From the NCBI GenBank assembly GCA_048128005.1, contig JBEUKZ010000080.1, forward strand, positions 62,001 through 126,000: a stretch of 64,000 bases of DNA, given 5' to 3'. Both the position numbers and the translations under genes were made by a program. The notes under the pieces were generated by a model that saw nothing but the letters and a program-made list of their open reading frames with translations, searched no databases and was not told the origin of the DNA. Positions within the stretch are counted from its first letter, which is position 1. Every line of letters begins with the position of its first letter. Positions 63,846-64,000 of this stretch are shown piece by piece. Source of the DNA: Veleropilina oligotropha. Lineage: Eukaryota.

Positions 63846-64000
63846 CACCACAGTGGGGTACGCATGTCACTATGCAAATACCAACTACTATCATAATGTT
63901 TGTTGCTCTATTCCAGTCAACTAGGTCAATCAATTAGTAGAATAAATGTTGATACATGCACAATTAGCAAGAACTTTTACAAACATCGTTATATAATGAT

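Overview
AT-rich invertebrate (animal) genomic DNA, densely packed with nested transposable elements, plus the last six coding exons of a minus-strand CaM-kinase-kinase (CAMKK-like) gene (51699-63394). The main feature is a GC-rich 14,024-bp Polinton/Maverick-like endogenous virus at 3059-17082. It has AG...CT termini, ~190-bp imperfect TIRs and a 5-bp GATGG target duplication, confirmed by an empty paralogous site near 36490. It encodes a retroviral-type integrase, a penton-like protein, a truncated putative major capsid protein and several membrane proteins, one starting with adjacent PSAP and LYPxL late-domain-like motifs. It also carries one decayed ~1300-codon replicase gene that appears to fuse a Rho-N-like helix module, a compact family-B polymerase palm, an SF1 (RecD/Pif1-like) helicase and a C-terminal HNH/EndoVII-like nuclease. 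Other elements: two MULEs, a Ginger2-type element, an Academ nested in a MULE, a Mag-like Gypsy interrupted by a foldback MITE, LINE, SINE and BEL remnants, and a pogo-like MITE. Several tandem arrays in the CAMKK introns are made of amplified exon/intron junctions. All family assignments come from motif recognition by eye; no database searches were run.
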